Shown here: positions 8,980 to 17,637 of the stretch, in pieces
Numbering within the stretch: position 1 is the stretch's first letter
How the letters are laid out: each line of letters opens with the position of its first letter
From: Thermoplasmatota archaeon
GTDB taxonomy: Archaea; Thermoplasmatota; E2; JACPAO01; JAHFTW01
Assembly: GCA_038046725.1 (NCBI GenBank)
Contig: JBBSVQ010000018.1
Span: 24,168 to 88,167 of the forward strand
Reading direction: 5' to 3'
Length of the DNA: 64,000 nt
Notes under the pieces: model-generated
Told to the model about the DNA's origin: nothing
What the model saw: the letters and a program-made list of their open reading frames with translations, nothing else
The model's database searches: none
Made by a program: the position numbers and the translations under genes

Positions 8980-9863
8980 GTGCCTTCCCCGCGGCGCCGG
9001 CGAAGGAAGCCGGCTTCATCCTGTACCCTGCCATCGACTTGCGCCACGGCAAGGTCGTGCAACTCGTCGGCGGCGACCCCAAGCAAGTCGCCGTCCAGTG
9101 GGATGACGCACACGAGACGTTCAAGCAATGGGAGCAGGCCAAGTCCACGTGGGTGCACGTCGTCGACCTCGACGCCGCCTTCGGGGAACGCAACCAGTGG
9201 TCGCAACTGCCGCGCCTGCTCGGCCACCGCGTGCGCGTGCAGTTCGGTGGCGGCGTGCGCAGCATGATGCAGATCCAGCAACTCTTCGAGCTCGGCGTCG
9301 AGCGCGTGGTCGTGGGAACGCAAGGCGTGCAGAACCCGTTGTGGGTGCGCGAATTGTGCAAGGTGTTCCCGGGGCGAATCGTGCTTGCCGTGGACGCACG
9401 CGGCCGCGAAGTCGTCGTGAAGGGGTGGACCGAGGCAACGGGGAAGGATGTGGTCGAACTCGCGCGCAGCTTGGATGACGCGGGACTCGCTGCATTCCTG
9501 TACACCAACGTCGAGAAGGAGGGACGGCTGCAGGGCATCGACCGCCAAGTCATCGAGGACCTGCACCGCAATGCGCCCAAGACGCCCCTCATCGTATCCG
9601 GGGGAATCGCCACGATTGCAGACCTGGAGTGGCTGGCTCAGGCCGGCGTCTCGGGCGCCGTCCTGGGCATGAGCATCTACACGGGCGCCATCGACCTCGC
9701 CAAGGCCAACGAGCGCTTCCCGCAACCGGTCCACCGCCCCAAGCTTATCGCGCGTGCCTTGCCCGAGGAGGACCCGGAAGGCGCCGACGGCTACGTGCAA
9801 GTCATCCGCGGCCGCGAGGTCGAGGACCCCGACGAACCCGACTCCGACGAGGCCGCCTTGTGA
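8976..9863 (+). CDS. hisA: ProFAR isomerase with acidic C-terminal extension
   Basis: YPAIDLRHGKVVQL, HVVDLDAA, QFGGGVR, YTNVEKEG, SGGI. Confidence 0.93.
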   Translation: MSAFPAAPAKEAGFILYPAIDLRHGKVVQLVGGDPKQVAVQWDDAHETFKQWEQAKSTWVHVVDLDAAFGERNQWSQLPRLLGHRVRVQFGGGVRSMMQIQQLFELGVERVVVGTQGVQNPLWVRELCKVFPGRIVLAVDARGREVVVKGWTEATGKDVVELARSLDDAGLAAFLYTNVEKEGRLQGIDRQVIEDLHRNAPKTPLIVSGGIATIADLEWLAQAGVSGAVLGMSIYTGAIDLAKANERFPQPVHRPKLIARALPEEDPEGADGYVQVIRGREVEDPDEPDSDEAAL

Positions 9864-10417
9864 CGCGCACCGCCACCGTGCAACGCAAGACGAAGGAGAC
9901 CGTCGTCGAGGCCACCCTCGACCTCGACGGCTCCGGCAAGTACGACGTCAAGACGGACAATCCGTTCCTCACGCACATGTGCGAGACGTGGACGCGTTAC
10001 GCGGGCTTCGACCTGAAGCTGCGCGCAACGGGCGACCTTGACCACCACCTCGTCGAGGACGTCGCCATCGTGCTTGGGCAAGCCTTCCGCCAGGCCTTCG
10101 CCCAGGCCCCCTGTGTACGCATTGCATACGACTTCGTGCCCATGGACGACGCCCTCGTCCTGTGCGCCGTCGACCTCGTGGACCGCCCCTACTACGCGGG
10201 CGAATTGCCTGTGCCATTGTGGGAGCATTGGTTCCGCAGCTTTGCCATGGAGGCCCGCATCAATTTGCACATCGAGCCGCTGCGCGGGCGCGACACGCAC
10301 CACACCCTGGAGGCCAGCACGAAGGCCTTCGCGCGGGCGCTGCGGCGCGCCCTCGAACCGCGCGCGACGGAGATTTCAACGAAAGGCCGCGCGACGGTCA
10401 AGAGCGTGCGCAAGTGA
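9860..10417 (+). CDS. hisB: Imidazoleglycerol-phosphate dehydratase
   Basis: RKTKET, DHHLVED, VPMDDAL, GRDTHHTLEASTKA; GTGA overlap with hisA. Confidence 0.93.
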   Translation: MTRTATVQRKTKETVVEATLDLDGSGKYDVKTDNPFLTHMCETWTRYAGFDLKLRATGDLDHHLVEDVAIVLGQAFRQAFAQAPCVRIAYDFVPMDDALVLCAVDLVDRPYYAGELPVPLWEHWFRSFAMEARINLHIEPLRGRDTHHTLEASTKAFARALRRALEPRATEISTKGRATVKSVRK

Positions 10418-10428
10418 CATGGGCCGAC

Positions 10429-10585
10429 CCATCCACCGATGACACCGATGTCACCGATGCGGGAACCCATCGGTGGGAATCGGTGAGCATCGGTGGATGG
10501 TCCTTCGCGAGGCCCCGACCGTCCGCCGATGACGCCAATCCCGCCGATGCTGCAGCATCATCGGCGCCATCGGCGCGATCGGCGG
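10429..10585. repeat. Two tandem family A hairpins between hisB and hisF
   Basis: CCATCCACCGATGACACCGATGTCACCGATG...CATCGGTGGGAATCGGTGAGCATCGGTGGATGG, then CCGCCGATG...ATCGGCGG. Confidence 0.85.
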
Positions 10586-10613
10586 TTCCGTCGGCACGCA
10601 GTGCGGTGCTCGC

Positions 10614-11393
10614 GTGACCCTGGCCAAACGCGTCGTCGTGTGCCTCGACGTTGACGGCGGCCGCGTCGTCAAGGGCGTCAAGTTCCAAGGCCTGCGTGAT
10701 GTCGGCGACCCGGCGGAGTTGGCCGCCCGCTACGAGGCGGAAGGCGCAGACGAAATCGTCTTCCTGGACATCTCCGCAAGCCACCAGGGCCGAGCCACGC
10801 TGCTGGACGCCGTGCGCCGCACGGCGGAACGGCTGTTCATCCCCCTGACCGTGGGAGGCGGCATCGCCTCCCCCGACGACATGCGGGCCGCCCTCAACGC
10901 CGGCGCCGACAAAGTCGCCGTCAACACGGCGGCCCTCGACCGCCCGCAACTCATCACCGAGTGCGCAGCGCGCTTCGGGTCGCAGTGCGTCGTCGTGGCC
11001 ATCGACGCCAAGCGAGCCCACCCGTCCATTGCCTCCCAGGGCGGCCGGCGCTGGAGCGTCTTCTCGCACGGCGGCCGCCGCGACACGGGCCGCGACGCCC
11101 TCCATTGGGCGCAGGATGCCGCCCGCCTCGGCGCGGGCGAACTGCTTCTGACCTCGATCGATGCCGACGGGACGCAGTCCGGCTACGACCTCGAGCTGAC
11201 GCGCGCCATCGCCGCCACCGTGCCCATCCCCGTCGTCGCTTCCGGGGGCTGCGGGCGGCCGGAGCATCTCGCCGATGCCTTGAAGGCGGGCGCCGATGCC
11301 GCCTTGGCGGCCAGCATCTTCCACGACCGCCGGACGACCGTCCATGACGCCAAGCGCATCCTCGCAGACCAGGGCATCCCGGTGCGACCATGA
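10614..11393 (+). CDS. hisF: Imidazole glycerol phosphate synthase, cyclase subunit
   Basis: [50 protein letters not shown]. Confidence 0.96.
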   Translation: MTLAKRVVVCLDVDGGRVVKGVKFQGLRDVGDPAELAARYEAEGADEIVFLDISASHQGRATLLDAVRRTAERLFIPLTVGGGIASPDDMRAALNAGADKVAVNTAALDRPQLITECAARFGSQCVVVAIDAKRAHPSIASQGGRRWSVFSHGGRRDTGRDALHWAQDAARLGAGELLLTSIDADGTQSGYDLELTRAIAATVPIPVVASGGCGRPEHLADALKAGADAALAASIFHDRRTTVHDAKRILADQGIPVRP

Positions 11394-11417
11394 CCGCCTG
11401 CCGCGGGCGGTGACGGC

Positions 11418-12563
11418 GTGAGCAAACGCAAGGTGTCCACCAAGAAGGCCAAGGCGAAGGCTCCAGCGGCCCGCAAGACGCCCGTCGTGCGCAAGCCGAA
11501 GCGCCCGGCGAAATCCAATGGGGCTGCCGCCGCCCGTCCCGCGTCGGCCAATGCGTCGTCGGCCCCGCGCGGCCCCCCCGCTGGCCTGGCCCGTGCCCTC
11601 GCGATGGCCAGTGCCGACGTCGGCGACGTGCAGCTGAAGTCCAAGTCCGGGCCGACGCAGACGTTGGAGTCCGACGAGGAACCCGTCGTCGCGCGCCGAC
11701 CTGCCGCGGCCGCTACGCCAGCGGCCAGCGCGCCCCCCTCGCCTCGCGGCAACGCGGTCATTCTCGACGATGCTGACGACGATGCCCCGATGGTCGTCAA
11801 AGGCGGCGCCGCGAAGGTGCAGGCGTCGCTTGGCGACGGCGTGCAGGTCGCCGGGAAAGGCCCAGCCAAGTTCAGCCTCGAGGACATGGAGGCCCTGCGC
11901 AAGGCCATCGTCATCAAAGGTTCGGGCCGCATCGTCGCCGGCATCAATCTCGACGAGCTGAAGTACGACCAAGAGGGGCTCATCGCCGTCGTCACCCAGG
12001 ACCGCGTCACCGGTGCCGTCCTCATGCAGGCGTGGGCCAACAAGGAGGCCCTGGAGAAGTCGCTCACCACGAACGAGATGACGTACTTCTCGCGCCAGCG
12101 CAACAAGCTCTGGACGAAGGGCGAGGATTCGGGCAACACGCAGACGCTGCTGCACGTCAAGGTGGACTGCGACAAGGACTCCATTCTCGCCGTCGTCGAC
12201 CAGAAGGGCGTTGCGTGCCACCGCGAGACCGGCACCTGCTTCGCGGACGGCCGGGACATCCCGATGGCCGGCTTCCTGGGCGAACTCGACGCCCTCATCG
12301 CGGAACGCGCCAAGGAACGCCCGGAGGGCTCCTACACGACGCGACTGCTCGAGGACCCGAGCCTCGCGGCCGGCAAAGTCGTCGAGGAAGCCAAGGAAGT
12401 GGCGCAAGTGCTCAAAGGCAAACCCAACAAGGACACCCTGCAGCACGAGGCCGCCGACCTCGTCTTCCACTTGATGGTGGCCTGCCGCATCAAAGGCGTC
12501 ACGCTGCGTGACATCGTCACCGAACTCGCGGCGCGGCACACGAAGGACCCGAAGAAGGTCTGA
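11418..12563 (+). CDS. hisIE: Bifunctional PR-AMP cyclohydrolase / PR-ATP pyrophosphatase with about 170-aa N-terminal low-complexity extension
   Basis: HisI: YFSRQRNKLWTKGEDSGN, DCDKDS, ACH...TCF. HisE: EGSYTTRLL, KVVEEA, HEAADLVFH. GGTGA SD-like motif just before GTG. Confidence 0.92.
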   Translation: MSKRKVSTKKAKAKAPAARKTPVVRKPKRPAKSNGAAAARPASANASSAPRGPPAGLARALAMASADVGDVQLKSKSGPTQTLESDEEPVVARRPAAAATPAASAPPSPRGNAVILDDADDDAPMVVKGGAAKVQASLGDGVQVAGKGPAKFSLEDMEALRKAIVIKGSGRIVAGINLDELKYDQEGLIAVVTQDRVTGAVLMQAWANKEALEKSLTTNEMTYFSRQRNKLWTKGEDSGNTQTLLHVKVDCDKDSILAVVDQKGVACHRETGTCFADGRDIPMAGFLGELDALIAERAKERPEGSYTTRLLEDPSLAAGKVVEEAKEVAQVLKGKPNKDTLQHEAADLVFHLMVACRIKGVTLRDIVTELAARHTKDPKKV

Positions 12564-12595
12564 GCCGCCCTCACGCGAAGACGCCGTCGACCCTG

Positions 12596-12883
12596 GCGCC
12601 CGTTCTGGGCTTTCACGCAGGAACAACGTCTTGTGACTCCGACGCGGGGGACGAGGTCAAGCCACTGAGGCCAGGCTTGCCATCGCCGGGCGCCGCGCCC
12701 GACGCGTGGGGGACCTCGGATTCAACTGATTCCGGGCAAATTTGCCGAGAATCAGCTCAATCCAAGGTCCCCCAAACTCGCGGCGGCATCCGACTCGGCG
12801 CCGGGTTTCGCCAGGTCGTTCGGCTGGAAGTCGCCGCCGTCGGCGTCGGAAGACGTTGGACTTGTGCGAGGAAGAACGCGCGC
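12596..12883 (+). mobile_element. Family B MITE-like element
   Basis: Left GCGCCCGTTC...CAACGTCTTGTGACTCCGAC; right GTCGGCGTCGGAAGACGTTGG...GAACGCGCGC. Confidence 0.7.
12708..12773. repeat. Family A-like hairpin nested in a family B element
   Basis: GGGGACCTCGGATTCAACTGATT...AATCAGCTCAATCCAAGGTCCCC. Confidence 0.7.
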
Positions 12884-12949
12884 GGGCGACGCCCTCCGTG
12901 CAAATCCGTGCAATCCGTGGCCCTTGGACGGCGGGCCGGTGCGTCGCGC

Positions 12950-13375
12950 CTACTGCGGCGGCTTCGGCGACTGTCCGGCAGCGTCCTCGCCCTCACGCCG
13001 GGCCCCGACTTCCTCGGCCGCCGGCGTCGACTCCAGGATCTTCTTGCCCACCATGAGCCCGAGGGCCCCAAACAGGAGGGAGGCCAGGAAGCTCAGCACC
13101 GCCATGGCGCCGAGGTACTTCGCCGTCGGCGTCAGCCACACCGTGCACTTGTCGGCCGGGACGTCGTCCAGCGTGCCGTTGTCGACGACCTTGAACGAGT
13201 CCACGCAAGCGACGTCGTTGTTGACCGCCGCGATGGCCAGCCAGAGGGCAAGCAGGAAGACGCTGCTGAAGAACAGCTTGTTCATCCAGATGGCGCCGGT
13301 GCGAAAGGCCCGGTAGCCCCAGCCCTCGTCGACGGTGAACTGCGCGTCCTTCAGGATGGCCGGCTTGTCGCTCAT
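12950..13375 (-). CDS. Hypothetical two-TM membrane protein
   Basis: Two hydrophobic segments flank a loop with two Cys; divergent from the lipase gene. Confidence 0.7.
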   Translation of the reverse strand: MSDKPAILKDAQFTVDEGWGYRAFRTGAIWMNKLFFSSVFLLALWLAIAAVNNDVACVDSFKVVDNGTLDDVPADKCTVWLTPTAKYLGAMAVLSFLASLLFGALGLMVGKKILESTPAAEEVGARREGEDAAGQSPKPPQ

Positions 13376-13546
13376 TGGCGGGCGGCCGACGAGGGTGCGC
13401 GATTTGGCCCTGCCGGGCCAGCCTCGGCCTTGGCGGTTGACCTGGGGTTGCACAAGTGGACAGCGAAGAGCAGGATTGGTCATTTGCCTGTGGCACACTG
13501 TGCCCGTCCCAAAGGCACAGTTTAAGCCAGCGTGCCGACTCAAAGC

Positions 13547-14227
13547 ATGCCGATGGCTCCGAAGGCGCCACGACCAACGCGGCCGACGCCCGTGATTCTC
13601 GTGCACGGCATCCTTGGCCAGCGCCACATCTACTGGAACCTCTTCCGCCGCCGCCTGGCGCAGGACGGCTTCCGCGTGCACGAAGTCGTGCTCCCGTACT
13701 ACATGCTGGGCGACATCCGCATCGCCGCCCGCTTCCTCGCCGACAAAATCGAGGCCACCCTCGTCGGCGACAACGTGGACCGCGTCGACTTGATCTGCCA
13801 CTCCGCTGGCGGCCTCGTGGCGCGCTACTACCTGAAGTACCTCAAGGGCGACCGGCAAGTCAGCCACCTCGTGACGCTGGGCACGCCGCACCAGGGCACG
13901 TACGTCTCGTACGCCCTCGGGTTCCCCTTCATGGGCATCCTCAAGCAGACGCGCCCAGGCTCGCACTTCCTCGCCGAGGTCAATGGCCCTGGTGCCGTGC
14001 CACACAACGTGCGCATCACGAGCTTCTGGAGCCCCGTCGACGGCGTCGTGCTGCCGCCGGAGAACGCCATCCTCGCCGGCGCGAACAACATCAAGGTGTC
14101 CTGGCTGACCCATTGGGGATTCCTATGGAACCCCGCCGTGTACAGCAAGATCCGCGATGCGTTGCTCAATCATGCGGCCCGTCCCATGGCGCAGCGCACC
14201 CTGGACGAGACGCCCGCGCCCGCCTGA
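13547..14227 (+). CDS. Alpha/beta-hydrolase, lipase/esterase family
   Basis: VILVHGI oxyanion region, ICHSAGG nucleophile elbow, LGTPHQGT, SPVDGVV, THWG; TTTAAG about 25 nt upstream. Confidence 0.85.
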   Translation: MPMAPKAPRPTRPTPVILVHGILGQRHIYWNLFRRRLAQDGFRVHEVVLPYYMLGDIRIAARFLADKIEATLVGDNVDRVDLICHSAGGLVARYYLKYLKGDRQVSHLVTLGTPHQGTYVSYALGFPFMGILKQTRPGSHFLAEVNGPGAVPHNVRITSFWSPVDGVVLPPENAILAGANNIKVSWLTHWGFLWNPAVYSKIRDALLNHAARPMAQRTLDETPAPA

Positions 14228-14317
14228 TGGCTCGACGTCCAGGCGGCCAGGCTTGGTGGTACAGAGGTGTGGCGATGCCGCACAACGCTTATTGAGTCGC
14301 CCGGGTGGGCGACCTTC

Positions 14318-15769
14318 ATGCGCCTGCTCCTTGCAGTCCCCTTCCTGCTTGCCATCCTGGCCGGCTGCGTCAGCGACAACGATGGCCAGGACCCTGCCCC
14401 GCCCGTCGTCGGTGACGGCCGCCTCCTGCTCACCGACCTCCTGAACCAGACCGTCGCCAACTTGGCGAACATGACGTTCGAGTCCTCCATGGTGTACGCG
14501 GCCGTGAGCGTCGCCAACGACCTGTACGAGCCCACCATCGACGTGTGCGACGACGGCTCCATCTACATCACCGGCCACACCATCCTCGTCGACACCACGG
14601 GCGCCCCCGTCTTCGGCAGCCATGACGACGGCAAGACCTGGGCCCAGCTGCCCCTGTTGCAGTCGCTTGCCTCGCCGCTCTTCGTGCAAGGCGCCACGCC
14701 GCCCCCTTCGGACGAGATCTTCCTGTCCTGCGGCGACAACGGCTGGCTGTACGGCGTCGACATCACGCTGGCCACCTACCCCATCAACGCCTGGGACGGC
14801 TACGGCACCCGCCACGCCTACCACAACCCCAATGCGTACAACGAGGCCGAGGTCGTCACCGACGCGCAGACGGAGACCCAATGCGTCCCGGTGCCCGCCA
14901 AGGACCGCCCCTGGGGCGCATACGCCAACGGCACCCTGCTCCTGGTGAGCAACCCGGCCGGCGGCCCCGCCCAAGTCGGCGTCATGACCGCCCCGCCCGC
15001 CACGCCCGTGGCCTTGGGCACGGTCGTCAATGACATCCAGTGGAACCTGTGCGCCGGCCCCGGCGGCTCGATCCCGGGTGTCCCCGACATCCGCCACGAC
15101 GGCTTCTTCGGCGTTCCGCAGCTGTCCGGCGGCTCGCTCATGATCGTCGTGGGCAACCGCGACGACATCGCGGCCACCAACATCGTCGAGGCGTTCCCCG
15201 TCGACAGCCTCGGGGAGATCACCTCCTACTACGGCCACGTCGCCTTCGACACGCCGGGAACGATGTTCGTCGGCATCACGAACAACACCTGGCACGTCGA
15301 GCAGGTCAACGGCACGGACTTCCTTGGCCGCCCCACGGTCAGCAACGTCAACGTCGCCGATGACGGCCAGTTGCTCTTCGCCGTCAGCCTCGACGACGGC
15401 AGCACGTTCGTCAACCGCACCTACACGGTGCCCGGCAAGCCGGTGCGCCACTTCTACATGGACGCCAACGAGCAGGGCGCCGGCGCCCTCGTCGTCTGGG
15501 CCATCGACGGCTCCACGAAGAACGCCAACAACAACACTGCGGCCTGGGACTGGTACGTCGGCCACCTGCAGGTGGACGCCACCGGCGCCCCCGAGCTCAC
15601 CGGCGTCTACCTCGCCATCAATGAAGGGCCGCAGCCCAGCGCCCACGTCACCGGCGCCGCCGTCGGCCCCGATGGGCGCGCCTACCTCGCCATGTACGAA
15701 GGCGACAAGACGACACCGCTGAGCGTCTTCATCCAGCGCTCCGGCCCGACGCTGCCGAGCTGGATGTAG
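14318..15769 (+). CDS. Lipoprotein with BNR/Asp-box repeats (sialidase-like beta-propeller)
   Basis: Lipobox LLAILAGC; YEPTIDV; Asp boxes SHDDGKTW and SLDDGSTF. Confidence 0.7.
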   Translation: MRLLLAVPFLLAILAGCVSDNDGQDPAPPVVGDGRLLLTDLLNQTVANLANMTFESSMVYAAVSVANDLYEPTIDVCDDGSIYITGHTILVDTTGAPVFGSHDDGKTWAQLPLLQSLASPLFVQGATPPPSDEIFLSCGDNGWLYGVDITLATYPINAWDGYGTRHAYHNPNAYNEAEVVTDAQTETQCVPVPAKDRPWGAYANGTLLLVSNPAGGPAQVGVMTAPPATPVALGTVVNDIQWNLCAGPGGSIPGVPDIRHDGFFGVPQLSGGSLMIVVGNRDDIAATNIVEAFPVDSLGEITSYYGHVAFDTPGTMFVGITNNTWHVEQVNGTDFLGRPTVSNVNVADDGQLLFAVSLDDGSTFVNRTYTVPGKPVRHFYMDANEQGAGALVVWAIDGSTKNANNNTAAWDWYVGHLQVDATGAPELTGVYLAINEGPQPSAHVTGAAVGPDGRAYLAMYEGDKTTPLSVFIQRSGPTLPSWM

Positions 15770-15795
15770 TCGCCGGCCCGAGGCGACGACTGGCC

Positions 15796-15984
15796 GCGCG
15801 CGTTCATCCCCGCAAGCATCCAACGTCTTGTGCCCCCAACGTCGTCCGTGACAGGCAGAGACGTTCGAAGCGCGCGGCGAAGCCGCGCGAGGCGGCGCCC
15901 CGCGCCGCCATTCATCATCGCGGGGTTGTCGTCGTCGGAGTCGTCACAAGGAGGTTGACTTGTGCGAAGGCCCGGAACGGGCGC
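15796..15984 (-). mobile_element. Family B MITE-like element
   Basis: Same termini in reverse; core GCGGCGCCCCGCGCCGCCA. Confidence 0.72.
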
Positions 15985-16029
15985 GGTCTGGGACCTGCCC
16001 GCGGGAAGCATCCTGACGTTGTGATCCGT

Positions 16030-16899
16030 TCAGATGTACGGATGTCCTCGCTCGACCTTCATCTTGCGAAGCTCACGCTGCACCCGCGTGCGCACATCCT
16101 CCGCGATGGCATGCACGCGGTCCGTGTCGTCAGCGTCCTGCGGCCCGTAGTCCGAAAACGGCATCGGCTTGAGGAAGCGGATGCGCCACTTGACTGGCTT
16201 CGGCAGGATGTTCTTCGGGATGGGAATCCCGCCTTTCATGTTGAGCAGTTGCTCGTAGCCTTCGATGCGCGTGCCGACGGGGTTGCTCTCCTCGCCGCCG
16301 AGGACCGCGACGGGGATGACGGGGACCTGGTTGGCCATGGCGACGCGCACGAAGCCGCGCGCAAACGGCTCAAGCTGGTAATCGGAGCCGGGGCGGAAGG
16401 CGCCCTTCTCGCCCTCGGGGAAGAGCATCACGAGGTGGCCACGCGCCAATTGCTGCGCCATGGCGTCCTTCGTGACCTGGAAGAGCCCGACGCGCTTGGC
16501 GAAGTTGCGCGTCGCCGGCGCCTTGAACCAGGCCTCGTGAGCCATGCCGCGCGGCGTGCGCTCGAGGGCGTCGTGCACGGACAGCGCCGTCAACGCGTAG
16601 TCGAGGCCAAGCCAGCCGGTGTGGTTGGCCACGAGGAGCGCCGGCCCTTTCTCGGGGATGTGGTCGAGGCCGTCGACTTTGAGGCGGAAGTAGTTGCGCA
16701 AGGTGCGCAACGCCGGCGCGAGCTTGTTGACGAACTCGACGTCGAACGGGTCGGCCTCGTCCTGCGTCAGCGAGGGCATCACCGTGGCGGGGCGCCGCGC
16801 GACCGCGGAGCCGCCCGGCCCATCGGCCGCGGGAGCAGTTCGCCGGGTCGCCGGTTTGGCGGCCTTGGCGGCGCTCTTGCGGGCGGCGGGCACGACCAT
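16030..16899 (-). CDS. Lysophospholipid/glycerolipid acyltransferase (PlsC / MGAT-like superfamily)
   Basis: LLVANHTGWLGLD, LFPEG, RGFVRVAM...VPVIPVAV.GGEE. Confidence 0.85.
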   Translation of the reverse strand: MVVPAARKSAAKAAKPATRRTAPAADGPGGSAVARRPATVMPSLTQDEADPFDVEFVNKLAPALRTLRNYFRLKVDGLDHIPEKGPALLVANHTGWLGLDYALTALSVHDALERTPRGMAHEAWFKAPATRNFAKRVGLFQVTKDAMAQQLARGHLVMLFPEGEKGAFRPGSDYQLEPFARGFVRVAMANQVPVIPVAVLGGEESNPVGTRIEGYEQLLNMKGGIPIPKNILPKPVKWRIRFLKPMPFSDYGPQDADDTDRVHAIAEDVRTRVQRELRKMKVERGHPYI

Positions 16900-16934
16900 C
16901 GCAGGGCCTGCGAGCCTCTTGGACCCACCGCCGC

Positions 16935-17594
16935 CTAGGCGCGGCGCCGCAGGGCGGCGAGGCCCGCCAGGCCGACCAGGAGGAGCGCGGCGGGGGCGCC
17001 GGGCGCGAACTCGCTGCCCTCGCCTTGCGCCGCCTGCTCGGCTTCGAGGAGCGCGAGGCGCGCCTCGAGGGCCTCGACTTGGGCCTTCAACTCGAGTTCC
17101 GTCGGCACCGACGTCGCGGGGAAGGTAATCTCCGAGCGGTCAAGCACGGGGCCGCCCGCCTTGACGCCGGCGAGGGCGAACGTGGTGCCGTTGAATGGGG
17201 CGGAGCCGGCCATGGTGATGCCGACGACGTACTGCCCGGCTTCCGTGAGCATCAGGGGCTCGTCGAAGGTGATGCATCCGGCGTGGCCGGATTGGGCCTT
17301 GAGCGGGTGGTTGGCCCCGAAGGTCGCGCCGCTGGGCGCGGTCAAGGTGACGCGCAGCAGGTTGGCCATGGTGTCGTTGACGGCGATGGCTGTGCGGGGC
17401 GCCGCCATGTTGTGCGTGAAGCACACGTCGAGGCCGGTGACGGCGTACGTGGTGACGGGTTCGCCCAGCAAGCCGACCGATGCCACGACCTTGCCGTCGA
17501 CGGAGAAGGCATCCGTGCGCGCGCTGGCAACGGGGACCAAGACGAGGGCGGCCAGGGCGAGCGCGGCCACGGCGCGGGCGAGACGGACTTGCAT
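16935..17594 (-). CDS. Secreted cell-surface protein with coiled coil and C-terminal sorting-type anchor
   Basis: Signal peptide (AVAALALAALVLVPVASA); ELKAQVEALEARL heptads; C-terminal APGAPAALLLVGLAGLAALRRRA. Confidence 0.75.
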   Translation of the reverse strand: MQVRLARAVAALALAALVLVPVASARTDAFSVDGKVVASVGLLGEPVTTYAVTGLDVCFTHNMAAPRTAIAVNDTMANLLRVTLTAPSGATFGANHPLKAQSGHAGCITFDEPLMLTEAGQYVVGITMAGSAPFNGTTFALAGVKAGGPVLDRSEITFPATSVPTELELKAQVEALEARLALLEAEQAAQGEGSEFAPGAPAALLLVGLAGLAALRRRA

Positions 17595-17637
17595 GCGTTG
17601 CGACCGACGTCGCGCTTTAGAGCGTTGCCCGGGAGAC

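Noticed and set aside
1950-9863. Long N-terminal extensions on aroC, hisD, hisC, hisH and hisA in the ORF track
   Set aside because: Off-frame reads of upstream genes; ATGA overlaps or family N-terminal motifs give the true starts.
10162-10617. ORF reading through the hisB-hisF hairpins (TDDTDVTD...)
   Set aside because: The peptide periodicity comes from the 9-bp repeat units and the ORF overlaps hisB out of frame.
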